A stretch of DNA of 64,000 bases from the NCBI GenBank assembly GCA_973851085.1, contig OZ316775.1, positions 13,950,001-14,014,000 of the forward strand, given 5' to 3'. Positions 1 through 15,070 of the stretch are shown here, piece by piece. Both the position numbers and the translations under genes were made by a program. Origin of the DNA: Ptychomitrium polyphyllum (lineage: Eukaryota). Within the stretch, counting starts at the first letter, position 1, and every line of letters begins with the position of its first letter. Below the pieces are notes generated by a model that did no database searches, had not been told where the DNA came from, and was given only the letters and a program-made list of their open reading frames with translations.

Positions 1-3000
1 AAAGTTCGAGGGCATCACAAACTCGGAGCGCAAAAACAGGTTTTGGATCTTTGCTTTTACTGATCCCTCATCGATTAATCTAGTCTGTATCCGCTCCTTG
101 TATGCATCATGCCAAAGCTTGGATGATCCTCGAATTCTGAGTTCATCATTGTTTGGCTTCTCAGGAAGTTGAAACCACGGCGCAAACGAACTGGGGTTGC
201 TTACTGCTGGCAATCACCTCTATTCGAACTGGTAAGTTCCTTCACGTTCTCAGGTTTTCACAATTCCTGATTTCTCAATTGACGAGACGACGCTGATCTG
301 TCGGTAACTTGGTTTCGACTAACATTACTCTACTTGTGATTCATGAGCAGCCTCAGAGGCAAGTGCCGGAACATAGACGGAAGGTGCGCTTCTTCCTTTG
401 GTTGGTGCCTTGTGGGAGGTCAATACACACCCATGGATCACCAAGCAGACCATAAACATCCTCGAAATTAATCACGGCATATTCCTACATTCCGATCCTC
501 TCTGAGCACCAACCTCTCTAAATTCCATCTTTGCAGCTAAAGGACCGATGTTCAAAAAGTTCGATCACCAGTGTAGAATGTAACGGCTCAAAGCAGCTGT
601 GCAATGAGCTGATAATTAATCTTCAGCAGAAGCTGTGCAGGATCCTTGGGGTTGGGAGGACTGAAGGACGGGAGGAGGGGAGGACGAGACTCAAAAATTT
701 GGACGAGACATTATATGTGATGGGGAAAGCAGGAGGCAGAATTTGAATACCAGTAATCCAAATGAAGGAATTGGTCGTTGCGATGGAATTGGCCGAATCT
801 AGTGGTGTAGTTGAAATCTTATACAATTGTTTAAATCTTGAGATAGGAGTGTACGACTTTGAAAGTAAATGTGTAGACTGGGACAGCAAATCCTTGCATG
901 TAATTTGTTTTGCTAATTTGATATGTGCCACGCTAGGAGTTGAAAACGGCATCACAGAATGGTAGTGTACTCCTTGATTGGGTACTCTTTGGATGAGATG
1001 TTAATGGTGAAGTTCTGCAGAATGCAACTTCATCCATTGATAATTCATACATATGGTGCCCAATTAAGGAGTGCATAGTGCTATTGTCGGGAATATTAAC
1101 AGTTCAATAATGGCACCGTTTAGCATCCTTGTGATACAGTTTTGAAACAAGAGAACTTGAATCACGTTTCACTTAACGTCTTCAACTTGCACTGGTTTGA
1201 AAGTAAATAACCGAAGTTCAGAAATATTCCTAGAGCCTTGTGCTAGCTGCCCTCAAGGAGTACTTGCATATCGCCAAGGCAAACCTGATACTTTTGACAA
1301 AAATATCAATTTCTAGTAACTGTATACTGGGCAAACCGACTCACAAACGCCACTTTTTTTAATGTGCACAGCACTGCACGTTACTGACTAGTCCATTAGT
1401 GATCAATGTTTCAAGTCGAATCTAATCAGAGTACGTAGAGGATGTGGAGAGGCAGGTCAGAGTGCGCATGTGTAAATAGAAATGCGCTTGTATGTAGAGT
1501 TACGTTTCTCGTACTTTTCATTCAGAAGAATCACGCTTGGTTTTATCGCAATTGAACATTCACAACGTAATCTGCAAGGAATTGAGCAACATGTATTATG
1601 AGTGTTCATCTAAACATCAGATCTCTACTCGTCGGTAACTTCCGTGGAATTCACTACGTTTGTAGACAGATAATACTCACCTTTATGCTGTAGGCGTGGC
1701 CGCAGGCATGGACCTGTATATCTCATCTCCCATCGCGAACCAGTACCACCCACTTGAAGTAGCCGCTAGCATCCTGCACACAACGATTGCTAGCAGGTGT
1801 TTCGTCTCAACTCATTCTCCATCATCAGCTTGAGTCTAACTCGGATAGCCGATTGCCAAAACCTTGCATCCCTCGCTCCTGAATAGCTCAGTAAGCTGCA
1901 TGATACTCGTTGCAATTCCACATATTTCAAGGTGATGTTCAATCTTAGTAGTTTTTCCAGGAGAGTCATGCAATCTAGCACCACAGATGTATCATGATCT
2001 ATTGTCGTAGATGTCATATATGTAGCCTGGAAAAGACAAAATTTGAGTGTGGACAGAGAAGTGTTAGCCTGACAACCTGTCGCATCAGGCACCTGTGAAT
2101 TAGAGCCCCCTAGCAGGGGAATCTCCAGAACCCTTTAGTTAATGACTTTTGAGAACATAATTCCACATGCTTCAAGGTGGTGTTCGACCCCAGTAATGAT
2201 TCGAGGGCAGTCATGCAATCTAGCACCTGAGTAGTCTTTGAGAGAGACAATTTGAGTGTCGAGAGAGATATGTTGGCTTGACAACCAGACGTATCTGGTA
2301 CGAAACTCGCACATACTCTTGTAGTTCTGCATCGTACACTGGTAACTGAATTCCTTCAAGGATCTTTTGCATCCCAGAGCACGCGCCAAAGCTTGCGTGT
2401 CCGTGCCATCTTTGTGGAACCGATTTCACCGGCTTCCAGGTTCTCAAGCGTACTGTTGTTCGCCACTAAGTCCGCTAAAGATACCTGGCAAACCCCACAT
2501 ACAAATCGCCTTGTGTAGTTGAGGGAGCTTGTTAGCACCAGCTCTTTGAGCAAGACGTTCGATCCTCGGCTCTGCTCCACAGTCGGGAAAAGGTTGACAA
2601 CATCCTGAAGTGGATAACACTCATGATGGAACCAGTCTTCACAGGAACGAGACATCGTCATTTTCCAGAAATTGGAAGCAAAATTTCGAGAGAAACAGGA
2701 AGCCATGGTCAGCTCCCAATTGCGCTCTAGGTCGGTATAATGCCGAACTCCAAAGCGAGGAGGAAGTTCTTCGGACGCTGCAAGTGTCGGTTCCTTGAAA
2801 AGAGGAATATCCCCCAAAAGTGACGGTAAATCCATATCAAAGAAACGCTTACCATAAGATCCCAGAGTGTCGTTATATTAACCTGGGGACCTATCTGAAT
2901 ATCTTATGTGCACTGAACTTAATGCACAACGCGCAGAGGCTGCGGTTTTTACGTACAACAGAGAAAACTTGCAACACCAGGTCATTCTCAGGACTTACCG

Positions 3001-5520
3001 GCGAGATTGAAAAGTCGATGGGTATCAGTCAAGGAGAACACAAGATTGATTTGCACTAACGCTGGCCATGCTAGTAAGACCTGCAAGACTTGCAACGTTG
3101 TATCCTTGAGTCTTAAATTGAAATTCAGTTGAGAATCATCACGGATCTCACCACGCTTCGTGATGCCTCGTCTTGTCAGACTGACCCGTAAGGGCATGTA
3201 ATTTATCGTACGCAGTACTAATCTTGCAATAGATCGTAACAGACGCAATGCGCCACGGTACTGATGACCCACCCCGGACGAAACTCCGAAATCTCTCGAG
3301 CTCGGGTCGCTCTCCCTTCATCTCTGGAAAGTCTTCCTAACTGCGCAACCAAGGCCCTGGAAAACCTACATGAGAGGACTCACAGCATCTGACAATGCTA
3401 CCATAAAGTCATGTGAACTGCAAGTGTTGCAAATATCGCGCAAGAACGATTTAGGAGTGGAATAAATGGCCCAAGCTCAACTCTTTAGGATAGGAGTGCC
3501 GACTGAGAGCGGCATGGCTTTGATTAGGTTTCACTTTGTCGGTGAAATACTCTCTTAGAACTGACATGTTGTCGTTATCGTTTACTGCTGGATTTCGGAG
3601 CTCTTGATCTTTCTGGAAGTTAGAGGATATTCGCAGATTGCAATGATTAGGCACTTGCTTCTCTATGCTCGCGTAAGATGCGAGCGAGGAACTTTTGCAA
3701 GTACAACAACAGGTTTCAGAATGGACTCTAGATTGACAAATTGAAGATCCATATTGTATTAGTGGCATATGAGTAGTGGTAGGGAAAGAGGGTTTACTGA
3801 GCTTCAGGTTAGGGGTGAAAATGGTGAGTGAAAGAATATGTATATAATTCGGCAGTATGGTCCTGGTGGCGTATCCTGGACAATCCTCGGAAGTCTCAGG
3901 CTCGGCTCGCTCACCCTCCGTCTCTAATTATTAAGTCGTCCAATGCAAAGTAGAGCCCTAAAAAAACCAGCATGAGGAGGGGACTTACAGGGAACTCACA
4001 GCATCTGACAATGCTGGCACAAAAGTCATATAAAGTGCAAGTGTTGCAATTACCGAGCAGCAACGGTATGGGTTTGGGATGACTGACCCGAGATCCGTCG
4101 TTGCCATAGAAGTGCCGACTGAGAGTGCTATGGTTGTAATTAAGCTTTCTTTTCCTCGGTGGAATTTTCTCTACTGGCATCACTCCCCTATTCTTTACTA
4201 CTAGATTTGGGAGCTCGTCCTGCACGTTGGAGGATACTCGCAAACTAGTAGAAATCTTTTTTAATACCTGAGAACATGCTGTTATTCTCATCTAGCAAGG
4301 AGCCTGTCTCAAAGTTACAACTACAGACGTCAGTATGCACTCTCGATCGAGAAGGATCATTTCATACAACAGCTTTGTCATGGGTGGAGTGCATGATTAT
4401 CCGCATCTTCAATATGTGAAGGCTGCACTTACGTACTGATCATCTGCATTTAATTTGACACCCTCCAAAGTTAATATATTGCTCAAATAATCAAATGAAG
4501 AGCAGATCAAGTGATTGCATGTATTAATCATCTGCTCTTCGATTAATCACTTGTATATGCAGATAACCTCCTCTTCATTTGATCTTGAATTTTTCACTCT
4601 TGGTTTGATCTGAAGTCTCTCGATTTTGGCCGTCTCAAGTGCCTCCATCGGTCCTTATATTACGTCCGCAAAGCAACCTCCTAAACTCGATGAGAAGAGA
4701 ACTCCCAGGGGATAATAGCATCTGATAATGCTGACATAAAACAATATGTACTTTGTGGGTCGCCATATGATCAAGTGTTGCATATCCTAGACTTAACCTC
4801 GAATTTGAGTTCTACGACCCCGAATTGTATAAGATTTGCAACACTTGTCCACATGGTGATTGAATTTATTGGTCACCTGCTCTTCAACTGATCCCTGACT
4901 CAGAAGCAATTTGTGATCACACCTCGTGCATACCACATCAAAGCAGATTTCGCTCCACAGCCACCAAAACCAGCAATCTGTTGCATAAAACTACGTACAG
5001 GAGAATTTTGTCGATGAATCTTGATTAAACCCTAAACGTACTCCATAAACCGCCAAATACTGTCAACTTTGAAGTTTGAACGACCATGTAAAGCTTGCGA
5101 AACTGTACTGAAATCCGTTAATCAACCGTTTCGCTCTACCGAACATACAGAGACTACTAAATGTGTTTGGAAGAAGATTTGCCGAGAGGAAAATTTGTTT
5201 ACTAGTAAAAGGTTGAGACGGAAGTCATCACTAAGTTATGTGCGATCAGCTGGTGTGTCAGTTTATTGCGGTTAGGACTTAAACTGCCAGCACAGCCTCT
5301 GTGCCTTTACAACCTCCTCTCGTCCACCTCTCTTGCCATTCAGCTTGTAGCCCTTGCATCAGTTAGTTGCTTAAGCTGTTAGTAGCTCCCACTAGAACTC
5401 TTGAGGCTTTAGCGCTGCTAATTTGCAAGATTGATTTCCAGTTCAGTTTGGATAACCAATCCGTTCAGCTTTAATTGTATTACCACTTTTGTTGCCATTT
5501 TTGCCACTATTTAGAGCACC

Positions 5521-7871
<2,351 letters not shown>

Positions 7872-9574
7872 TATTGCTGAAATGAAAGGAAATGTTCTCG
7901 TATGTACAGATCAGGTTAGGTTAGGTTGCCAGAAAAGAGCGAAGTGAATTCTTATTTGAGTCGTGGATTTGCAGACTCTTCTCGATCTCCCAGACACTCG
8001 ACTTGAGTCAAAGAGTGAGAGCTCAACCTTCTCATTGACGAGTTGATTCAAGTAATCTTGCTTAATATTTGTGCAATCCTGAATGCAATGTAAACATACA
8101 CAATCAGCAAAGTGGTGTTCAAATGCGTTTCTGTACAAGTTAGCTCCGACTGGCTGTACTAGCACTTCCATCGTTGTGCATTGGCAGCGCGAAGTTGGTC
8201 CGTGAATGTTTACAACGCGCATGATCGTGAATTTCTGGCATTGTTCTCACAGACATTTTTGCTTTTGACATTGTTCTCTCGGACAGGCTGCAGATGCAAT
8301 TGGGTAATTACAAGTTGTCACTTCCACGTCGGAAATAGTGATTTTCACGCCCCGTGCGTGCAGATTCATAACTGTAGTGTTATTCTTCATGACTTTCACG
8401 TCCAGAATGAAGTCCGCCTCCAGATCTTGATTGTGAGCTGAGCAGGATACGTAAATCTTTTTGCCTTGATAACTAGAAGTACAAACTGTATGGACTGGCT
8501 ATGCTGCTGCTTCGGAAGCCTTCCAGGCACAACTAATGGCAGATATCACTCACAGTTTGAAACGGCTAAAAGAAGTTGTACACCTAGGTCCAACTTACTT
8601 GCAAGAGTCTTTCATGCAATGATGGTAACGATACATCGATGATGAGGCACGTGACTGTGAACCGCACACGGGGTTCATGTTGCCCTGCACGTCTTGTCCT
8701 CATCTCAACGGCCATAGAAATCCACCTGAAAATCTACGTATTCCCAGTGTCTTCAAACCACACAATCTCTTGCATCTCAACCCTGTAACTCAAACGCAAG
8801 GCCGAGTTTCTCTCCTTCCTCACCTTCGAGGCTCCTCTAAGGAAGCTCCTTTGTTGAACCTTTGGGTCGCTGTTTCTAGAAACGTTTCAGTCATCTTGAC
8901 ACGTTTGGTGTCTGTGGACCAGAAATGGATGTGCATAGAAGGTTTTGATTGTCGGTGTTTGCAAGTGATTAGAGTCTTGTATGAATGTTAAAGTGGTTTT
9001 TTGTTTGTGTTGTATATGTGGATCCTGGGTGATGGTGATGATGGTTTATGATTAGGGAAGTAAGAGTTGGTGGAGTTCAGCTCTAATATTTGGATGATCT
9101 TAATCTTTTAAGGTTGTGTTCATGATTCTGGTGCGTGAATATTGGGTTATGTCAGCTAGAGGATTTATGTAGCGAGAATTAGAGTGGGAGGTGAGGCTTG
9201 CATTGCATTGATGAGTCTGATGATTACCCCAGTATTATAATTACATTTGCAGAGTAATAAATGCATTTCTTGTCATAGCTTTGCTTAATTGTTATAGCTT
9301 AGTTGCCTCAAATTGATTGTTATGCTAGAATTTGTGCAATAAGTTTTAAAGTTTTAACAACACAAGAAAATAACTTAAGATTGCATATTTTTAATCTACT
9401 TTTTTAATATCTAAAGTTGGTTGTAGGGAGTATAAGGGAGAAATTAATAGAAAAGAACAAATTGTTGCAAGAAAATATGTCTTCCACAAGAAGAAGGAAT
9501 TAGTTCCCCAAAAGGTCATCAAAGTTCCAAAACTTTAAAAAACTAGAAGGATTTTCAAAGTTGAAGTGATTATT

Positions 9575-9961
9575 ATTATTTTGGACACAAGAAACAAAAA
9601 TTAGACATGAAGTGGTTCCTAAGAATTAACTTCAAAGGAGCTAATGATTAATAAGAATTAATACAAAGACTAGAATAAGGGCACAATACAAATATGATCT
9701 ACAACTTGTATTAGTTAGTTTACAATATATCTTGTCTTTCCTTCTATTTATACTATATTGCTTGTGTTCTCTAGAATACTTTTAAAGAACTTCTTATGAA
9801 GATTAAGAATGTTTTAAAAGTCAATGGAACCTTTTCAAGTAATTTTCCAAAGAGGCAAAATAAGTATGGAAGCATTGAAAGGATTCTAAGAAGTTACTAC
9901 AATATATCAAAAGATTTTAAAAGATTTTAAAGACTATGTTGCATAATTTATGTCCATAACA
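9575..9961 (-). mobile_element. Degenerate LTR of AT-rich gypsy family A, with a possible leader remnant at ~9400-9575
   Basis: Diverged match to the LTR at 11191-11795 (ggacacaagaaacaa ... gactatgttgcataatttatgtccataaca). Left boundary is approximate. Confidence 0.75.
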
Positions 9962-11190
9962 TCACCTCTTTCTTTAACAACAATTTCTACAAGGAGCTTT
10001 TGTTATGGAATGCTCTTCTCATTTCCACAAATTCAAAAATTTGTCAAAGAAAAAAAATGATGTATACTATTTGTTGTTACTTGTCTAATAGTTCAACCAA
10101 TGCACACAAAAAAATGCCGGTGATCATTAATTAAGACTTTTATTATTAGACATTTCCAATTTAAGATTTAATTTTGATTAATTCTCTTAGAACATCCTTC
10201 AAACAAACTTTTCAATCTTCCAAGGATGGTTCTTCTATCTTCTAATAAGATGATTAAAGCTCATGCATTTGAATTAATACTAAAGTATAAAAAATAAATT
10301 GCCAATACTTCTATATATCATTGCATTTGATATTGGAATATTTTTATCATATCTTATCTTAGGATTTAGGGTTGTTATAATTTAGATTCTTATGTTTTGG
10401 GTTTGTTGAATATCCTTGCCAATGTATAAGATATTCCACAAGTCTATTCTTGATGTGTAAATTTTTCAATTTCATACTCCATTTCATTATTGATTTTCAC
10501 TAGAAAAAGCAGGAAAACAGTGTTGTGATATATTTAGTTATATAGCTTAAAACTTGAGTAGTACTTGTTATTTGGTGTATTTGAAAAAAAGTATTAGAAA
10601 AAAGAAATAATTAGATTAAAAAAGGGTCATGGTGAAACCACGATTTTTATTTATCTTGAAGGTGGAACCACATCTTGTCTTAGTCCAGGGTGATTAGGCC
10701 AGTTGATTGTAGTTTTTCCTGCCTACCATTTTTGCTAGTAGTACCAAGTCAAGTGTTACCGTTCTACTCAACAAATCCGACAAGAATTGAACTTAGACCA
10801 GTTTAGCAGCTGGAACTTATGCAATCAACCAAGTTCATGACTTGGTATCTGATTCTACTTCGACAATGGTTTTATTCTTAACTTATTTCTTCTTGAATTT
10901 CAATATTTTTCCTACTTTCTTTAGTTTATTTTAATTTTTTAATTTTCTATTTTAGATTTGTAAAGGTTAATTTTATCTTCTTTGTAGTTAGAGCCTAGAA
11001 GTTTCAATCAAAAGAAAGAAAAGAAAGAAAAGCAAAAAAAAAAGATTTAGGTTGTTTTTTATTTGAAGATATGGTTAGATAAGGATTTGATACAGGAAAT
11101 TAGGATTGATGTGGAGAGATATAGCTAAAGTAAAGTGATAAGGGGCGGATGTGACGGTTTGACCACTGCCCTCTTCTTCTCTCTCGGCCT

Positions 11191-11795
11191 TGTTAGGGAC
11201 ACAAGAAACAAGAAGCAGAAACGAAGTGTTTCCCAAGAATTAGCTTCCAAAGAGCTAATGATTAACAAGAACTTTGATACAAAGACTAAAACAAGGCAAG
11301 ATTCAAGATGATCCACAACTTGTGTTGGCAAAACTAAGGAATACCTTGTCTTGCCTCTTATTTATACTAGGACGTTTGTATCTCCTATGATACTTCTAAA
11401 GAAGCTTCCTACAAGGCTTAAGAAAGTTCTGGAAGTCTAAAGAACCTTCCTAAGAAGTTTCCTAAGATGTTGGAACCTTCCTTGGAAGTTTCCTAAGGTA
11501 GCGGAACCTTCCTTCGAAGTTTCTTAAGGTAGCGGAACCTTCTTAAGAAGTTTCCTGAAGAAGTAGAACCTTCCTAGGAAGTTTCCTAAGGTGATGGAAG
11601 CTTCCTAGGAAGTAACCTAAGATAATAGAACCTTCCTAGGAAGTTTCCTAAGGTGGAGGAACTTTCCTGGGAAGCTTCCTAAAAACATAAAAAATGCTAT
11701 GGAGACATCTAAAAGTATTCTAAGAAACTATTCTAGTATACTAGAAGGTTCTAGAATGTTCTAAGGACTATGTTGCATGATTTATATCCGTGACA
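11191..11795 (-). mobile_element. Solo LTR, gypsy family A (605 bp)
   Basis: TG...CA ends; perfect 5-bp TSD GGCCT (11186-11190 and 11796-11800); reverse complement of the LTR at 58368-58964; internal ~29-bp aggaagtttcctaagg-type repeats. Confidence 0.93.
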
Positions 11796-12110
11796 GGCCT
11801 CTCCTACTAAAATAAGAAGGCAGCCCTTCTTTGGGTGAGATCTCATAGTATACTTCTTAGTTTGAATTGGTTTTTGTTGAATTCTCTTTTTTTTCTTTGT
11901 AAGTTTTTCACAAAGCCATCACACGTTCCATTTGGAGTTAGTATGTGGTCGTTGCTTTAGTTTAAGTAAAGTTAAGTTAGTTGTCTTGAGTTTCTAAGGG
12001 CAGCTATTTGAATGTTTGTAACTTTTTGTAGAAACATCTTTTATAAGTGAAATTTTGAGAAAAAGGTTAAGATTACTTTAGAAAGATGGTATCAAGAATT
12101 GGTGAGCATT

Positions 12111-13257
12111 TGTCGCGCACCTCGCCCTGAAGAGTGCCCGCAACACTAAGGGCACAAGGGGGACCCCAAAGTGACGTCCGGGACTTGTGGCGCCGATAGT
12201 GAGGAGAACCGAGTGGGCCTAATATGGGAAGGACCTCCTAAGGGGAGAAACATCCTTGTCCATGTAGACCGAGGGCCACGAGCAAAGGATCAGGGGCATT
12301 GGATGAATCACGAAGAGCTGATTCTAGAATGCTAAGGATTGCCCAAATCGGACATGGGAGCTAAAAGTTATGGCACCCCAAAGTTGGGGTTGCCAAGGGG
12401 CTGTTCTGGAGTGTGGCAGCCCTACACAGTGACTGTGCTGGAGTAGAACAGTCCAGAGAGGGACTCCCCCGGAGTCCCGAACCTTGGGAGAGGCGTATCT
12501 CCCACAATACTAACTCAAATCGGACGTTTGAGGAGTCTATCGGCATCTACGCGAAGAGTAGATGACGATAGAGTGGTTGCTCGATACATTCGGGCACCAG
12601 ATGAGGAAGATATGGCGCCCTGAAGGTCCGCTGGGAGTCCCGGAGGCTTCCAGCGGCTAAGTCCCAAGTGGGATCGGGTGGTCTTCCAAAACTCTAGGTG
12701 TGTCGGGGTTCAGCTAGCTCCAGAGGGCCAGGGGGCCTGCCGAATTCCACAGAGAGTACTATAAGGGAGGGCTGGTCCCCCTCCCCACTCCCCTAGTGTC
12801 CCGGTAGAGACCAAGGGTGAGTCCCGGTTGGTGGATCAAGTATTGGGGCTTCACCACGGGGACTCCCACACCATTGTGAGCCGGTGGACGGCCGGTTTCA
12901 CGAAGGGAACTAGCACGTTCAAAAAGGGTACGTTTGTTACCACTAAATTGGGGTGGTGTCTTCACGCCGGCACCATGATGGCCCAGGGTGATCTTAGGAT
13001 CACTTGGGCATCATGAGTGGTGGTGAGGAGACACCACTAAGTGTGGTTAGGCCGTGTGGAATGGGAGTAACACCAAGTGAGGCCTTGGACATGAATGGAA
13101 GTCCGCACCTAACCATTAGCTACTAATAAATTGGGTGTCCTAAGAAAAATGGTAGAAAGACTTGGAAAGTGAGAATGGGGGTTAACCATGTGCATGTGGG
13201 GGTGTACAGGGTTGACGCGCGTGACGCTTGCTAAGGTGCATTGCAAGGGTTGCGACA
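12111..13257 (+). mobile_element. GC-rich 1.15-kb element (solo LTR-like, family C), copy 1; orientation arbitrary
   Basis: TGTCGC...GCGACA inverted termini; perfect TSD GCATT; four other copies in the window. Confidence 0.92.
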
Positions 13258-15070
13258 GCATTGGACTTCTTGAGCAAAAGACATAAAGAAAAATGCAACT
13301 GGGACTTAGAGGGCAATGTACAATAGAATTTGGAGTTGCACAATTTGGGTCATTGTAGATGATTGAAGGAATTTCTAAGGTTGATCTTTTGATAAGGTGT
13401 TTATTACAAGATAAATATTATGTACAAAAAGTCTAAAGTTTGAATTTGCGATAAAAGGAGAGTTATAAAGTGGTAAAGTAATAAGGATATAAAAGTTGTA
13501 GCAATGAAGAATGTGAACTTTGAAGTTATGAATCTTAGAGGGTATTAAGAATTTGGCAATTCAAATTTATATAGCATATTAAATGTTTCAAGAAGATCTT
13601 GTTATAATTTTAGATGCTTTGCACAATCCAAACTATTGTACACCAACTTCTTTGACAATCTTTTTGTTTGAATGTTTTATTGTAAGAGTTACATACTATA
13701 TTGTAATTTACATTTAAATTGATTCAAACAAGAAAAAAATATGACAATAGTGCCAGACAATGTCTAAGTCAAAAAAAATGAATAAGAAATGAAAGAATTT
13801 CTATTAAGTATGATAACAAAAATTCATTTCTAATAAATAGTATTAATTGGCAATAGGCCTTATGGAGCTAATATTTCATAAAACAACATTTTGAAAATAG
13901 TACATAATTAATAGTAAAAACCATAAATTTAAATGAACTACAAAAAAGGCAAGAGTTAAATGATAATATAAATATCAAACATACTAAAAGAATTTATAAT
14001 GTAGTTCAAATTCAATTTCAAATTTCAAATTTCATATAAACATTAAATTCTTATTATGTATCAGTTATTGTAAAATTGCCCAAAATCTTTGTTTTTTCCT
14101 TCAAATTTGATTGATGGAAAAAAAACAAATAAAATTATATTTTAGTAGTGGTAGCCTAAAAAAGATTGATGAATGTATGATGAAAATGAAAAAAACTTTC
14201 ACATAATATTTTATTTTGATGTGAAATTTCAAGGTACAACTTCACCAAGTTATGCCATTTACAATATTATAAATTTCTTAAAACTATTTAAGGTACGTAA
14301 CAATATTTATGGATACAAATCCATTTTTTAAATCAAATATTATAGTAGAACAAAATGTATTACTTTGTCAATCAAAAGAATCAAACATAATACAAAATAC
14401 ATATAGAATTTTGTAGGAAACGCTTTATATTAAAATAAATGAATGAAAAAATGATTTGGCCACCTAAATTGCAATAATTATTGTAACCATTTTTCTTTAT
14501 TAATTATTTTTAGAAGTATTCTTGGAATAGCAATCCAAAAATTGGTCCACAAGAAAAGAATTTTCCATCTTCATTAATTTAATATTTTCTAGTCTTTTTC
14601 TAAATACCATCATCTACCTAGATCATCCATATTCTAGGATAAATTTACTTGCATTTCTTGTCTTCCATGGAAGAATGTATAGTGGTCTAAGATACCATAG
14701 ATATTGTTTACAATTTTAATTATGAAATTTTTATAATTTTGTGATTAGAAATTATATATTTTCACAATTTTTTTGTTATAATGAATTCAAAAATACAAAA
14801 AACATGTCTTGTATTAAAATAGCTTCAAAAGTACTCAAGCATTTGCTTTGACTTATTTTCCACACAAATATGGCTCAATGGTTCCAAATTGGTTAATTAG
14901 TATTAGATCCAAAGCACTATTATATCTACAACAAAGAAAAAGGTCTTAAACTTTTGTAAATCATTTTGAGTTTATAAACTTTTGGTCAATATCTTGTTTA
15001 TAAATCCACACAAAGAATATATCACACTATATACACATCTAAACAATCAACAATCCACATAGGCAACCCA

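Noticed and set aside
1..213. Open minus-strand frame running off the window start (..KLWHDAYKERIQTRLIDEG..)
   Set aside because: Short, no recognisable domain and no confident splice or start signal; needs the adjacent window.
12361..13016. Short ORFs recurring in family C copies
   Set aside because: They recur only because the DNA is repeated; stops and frames differ among copies, and there are no protein motifs.
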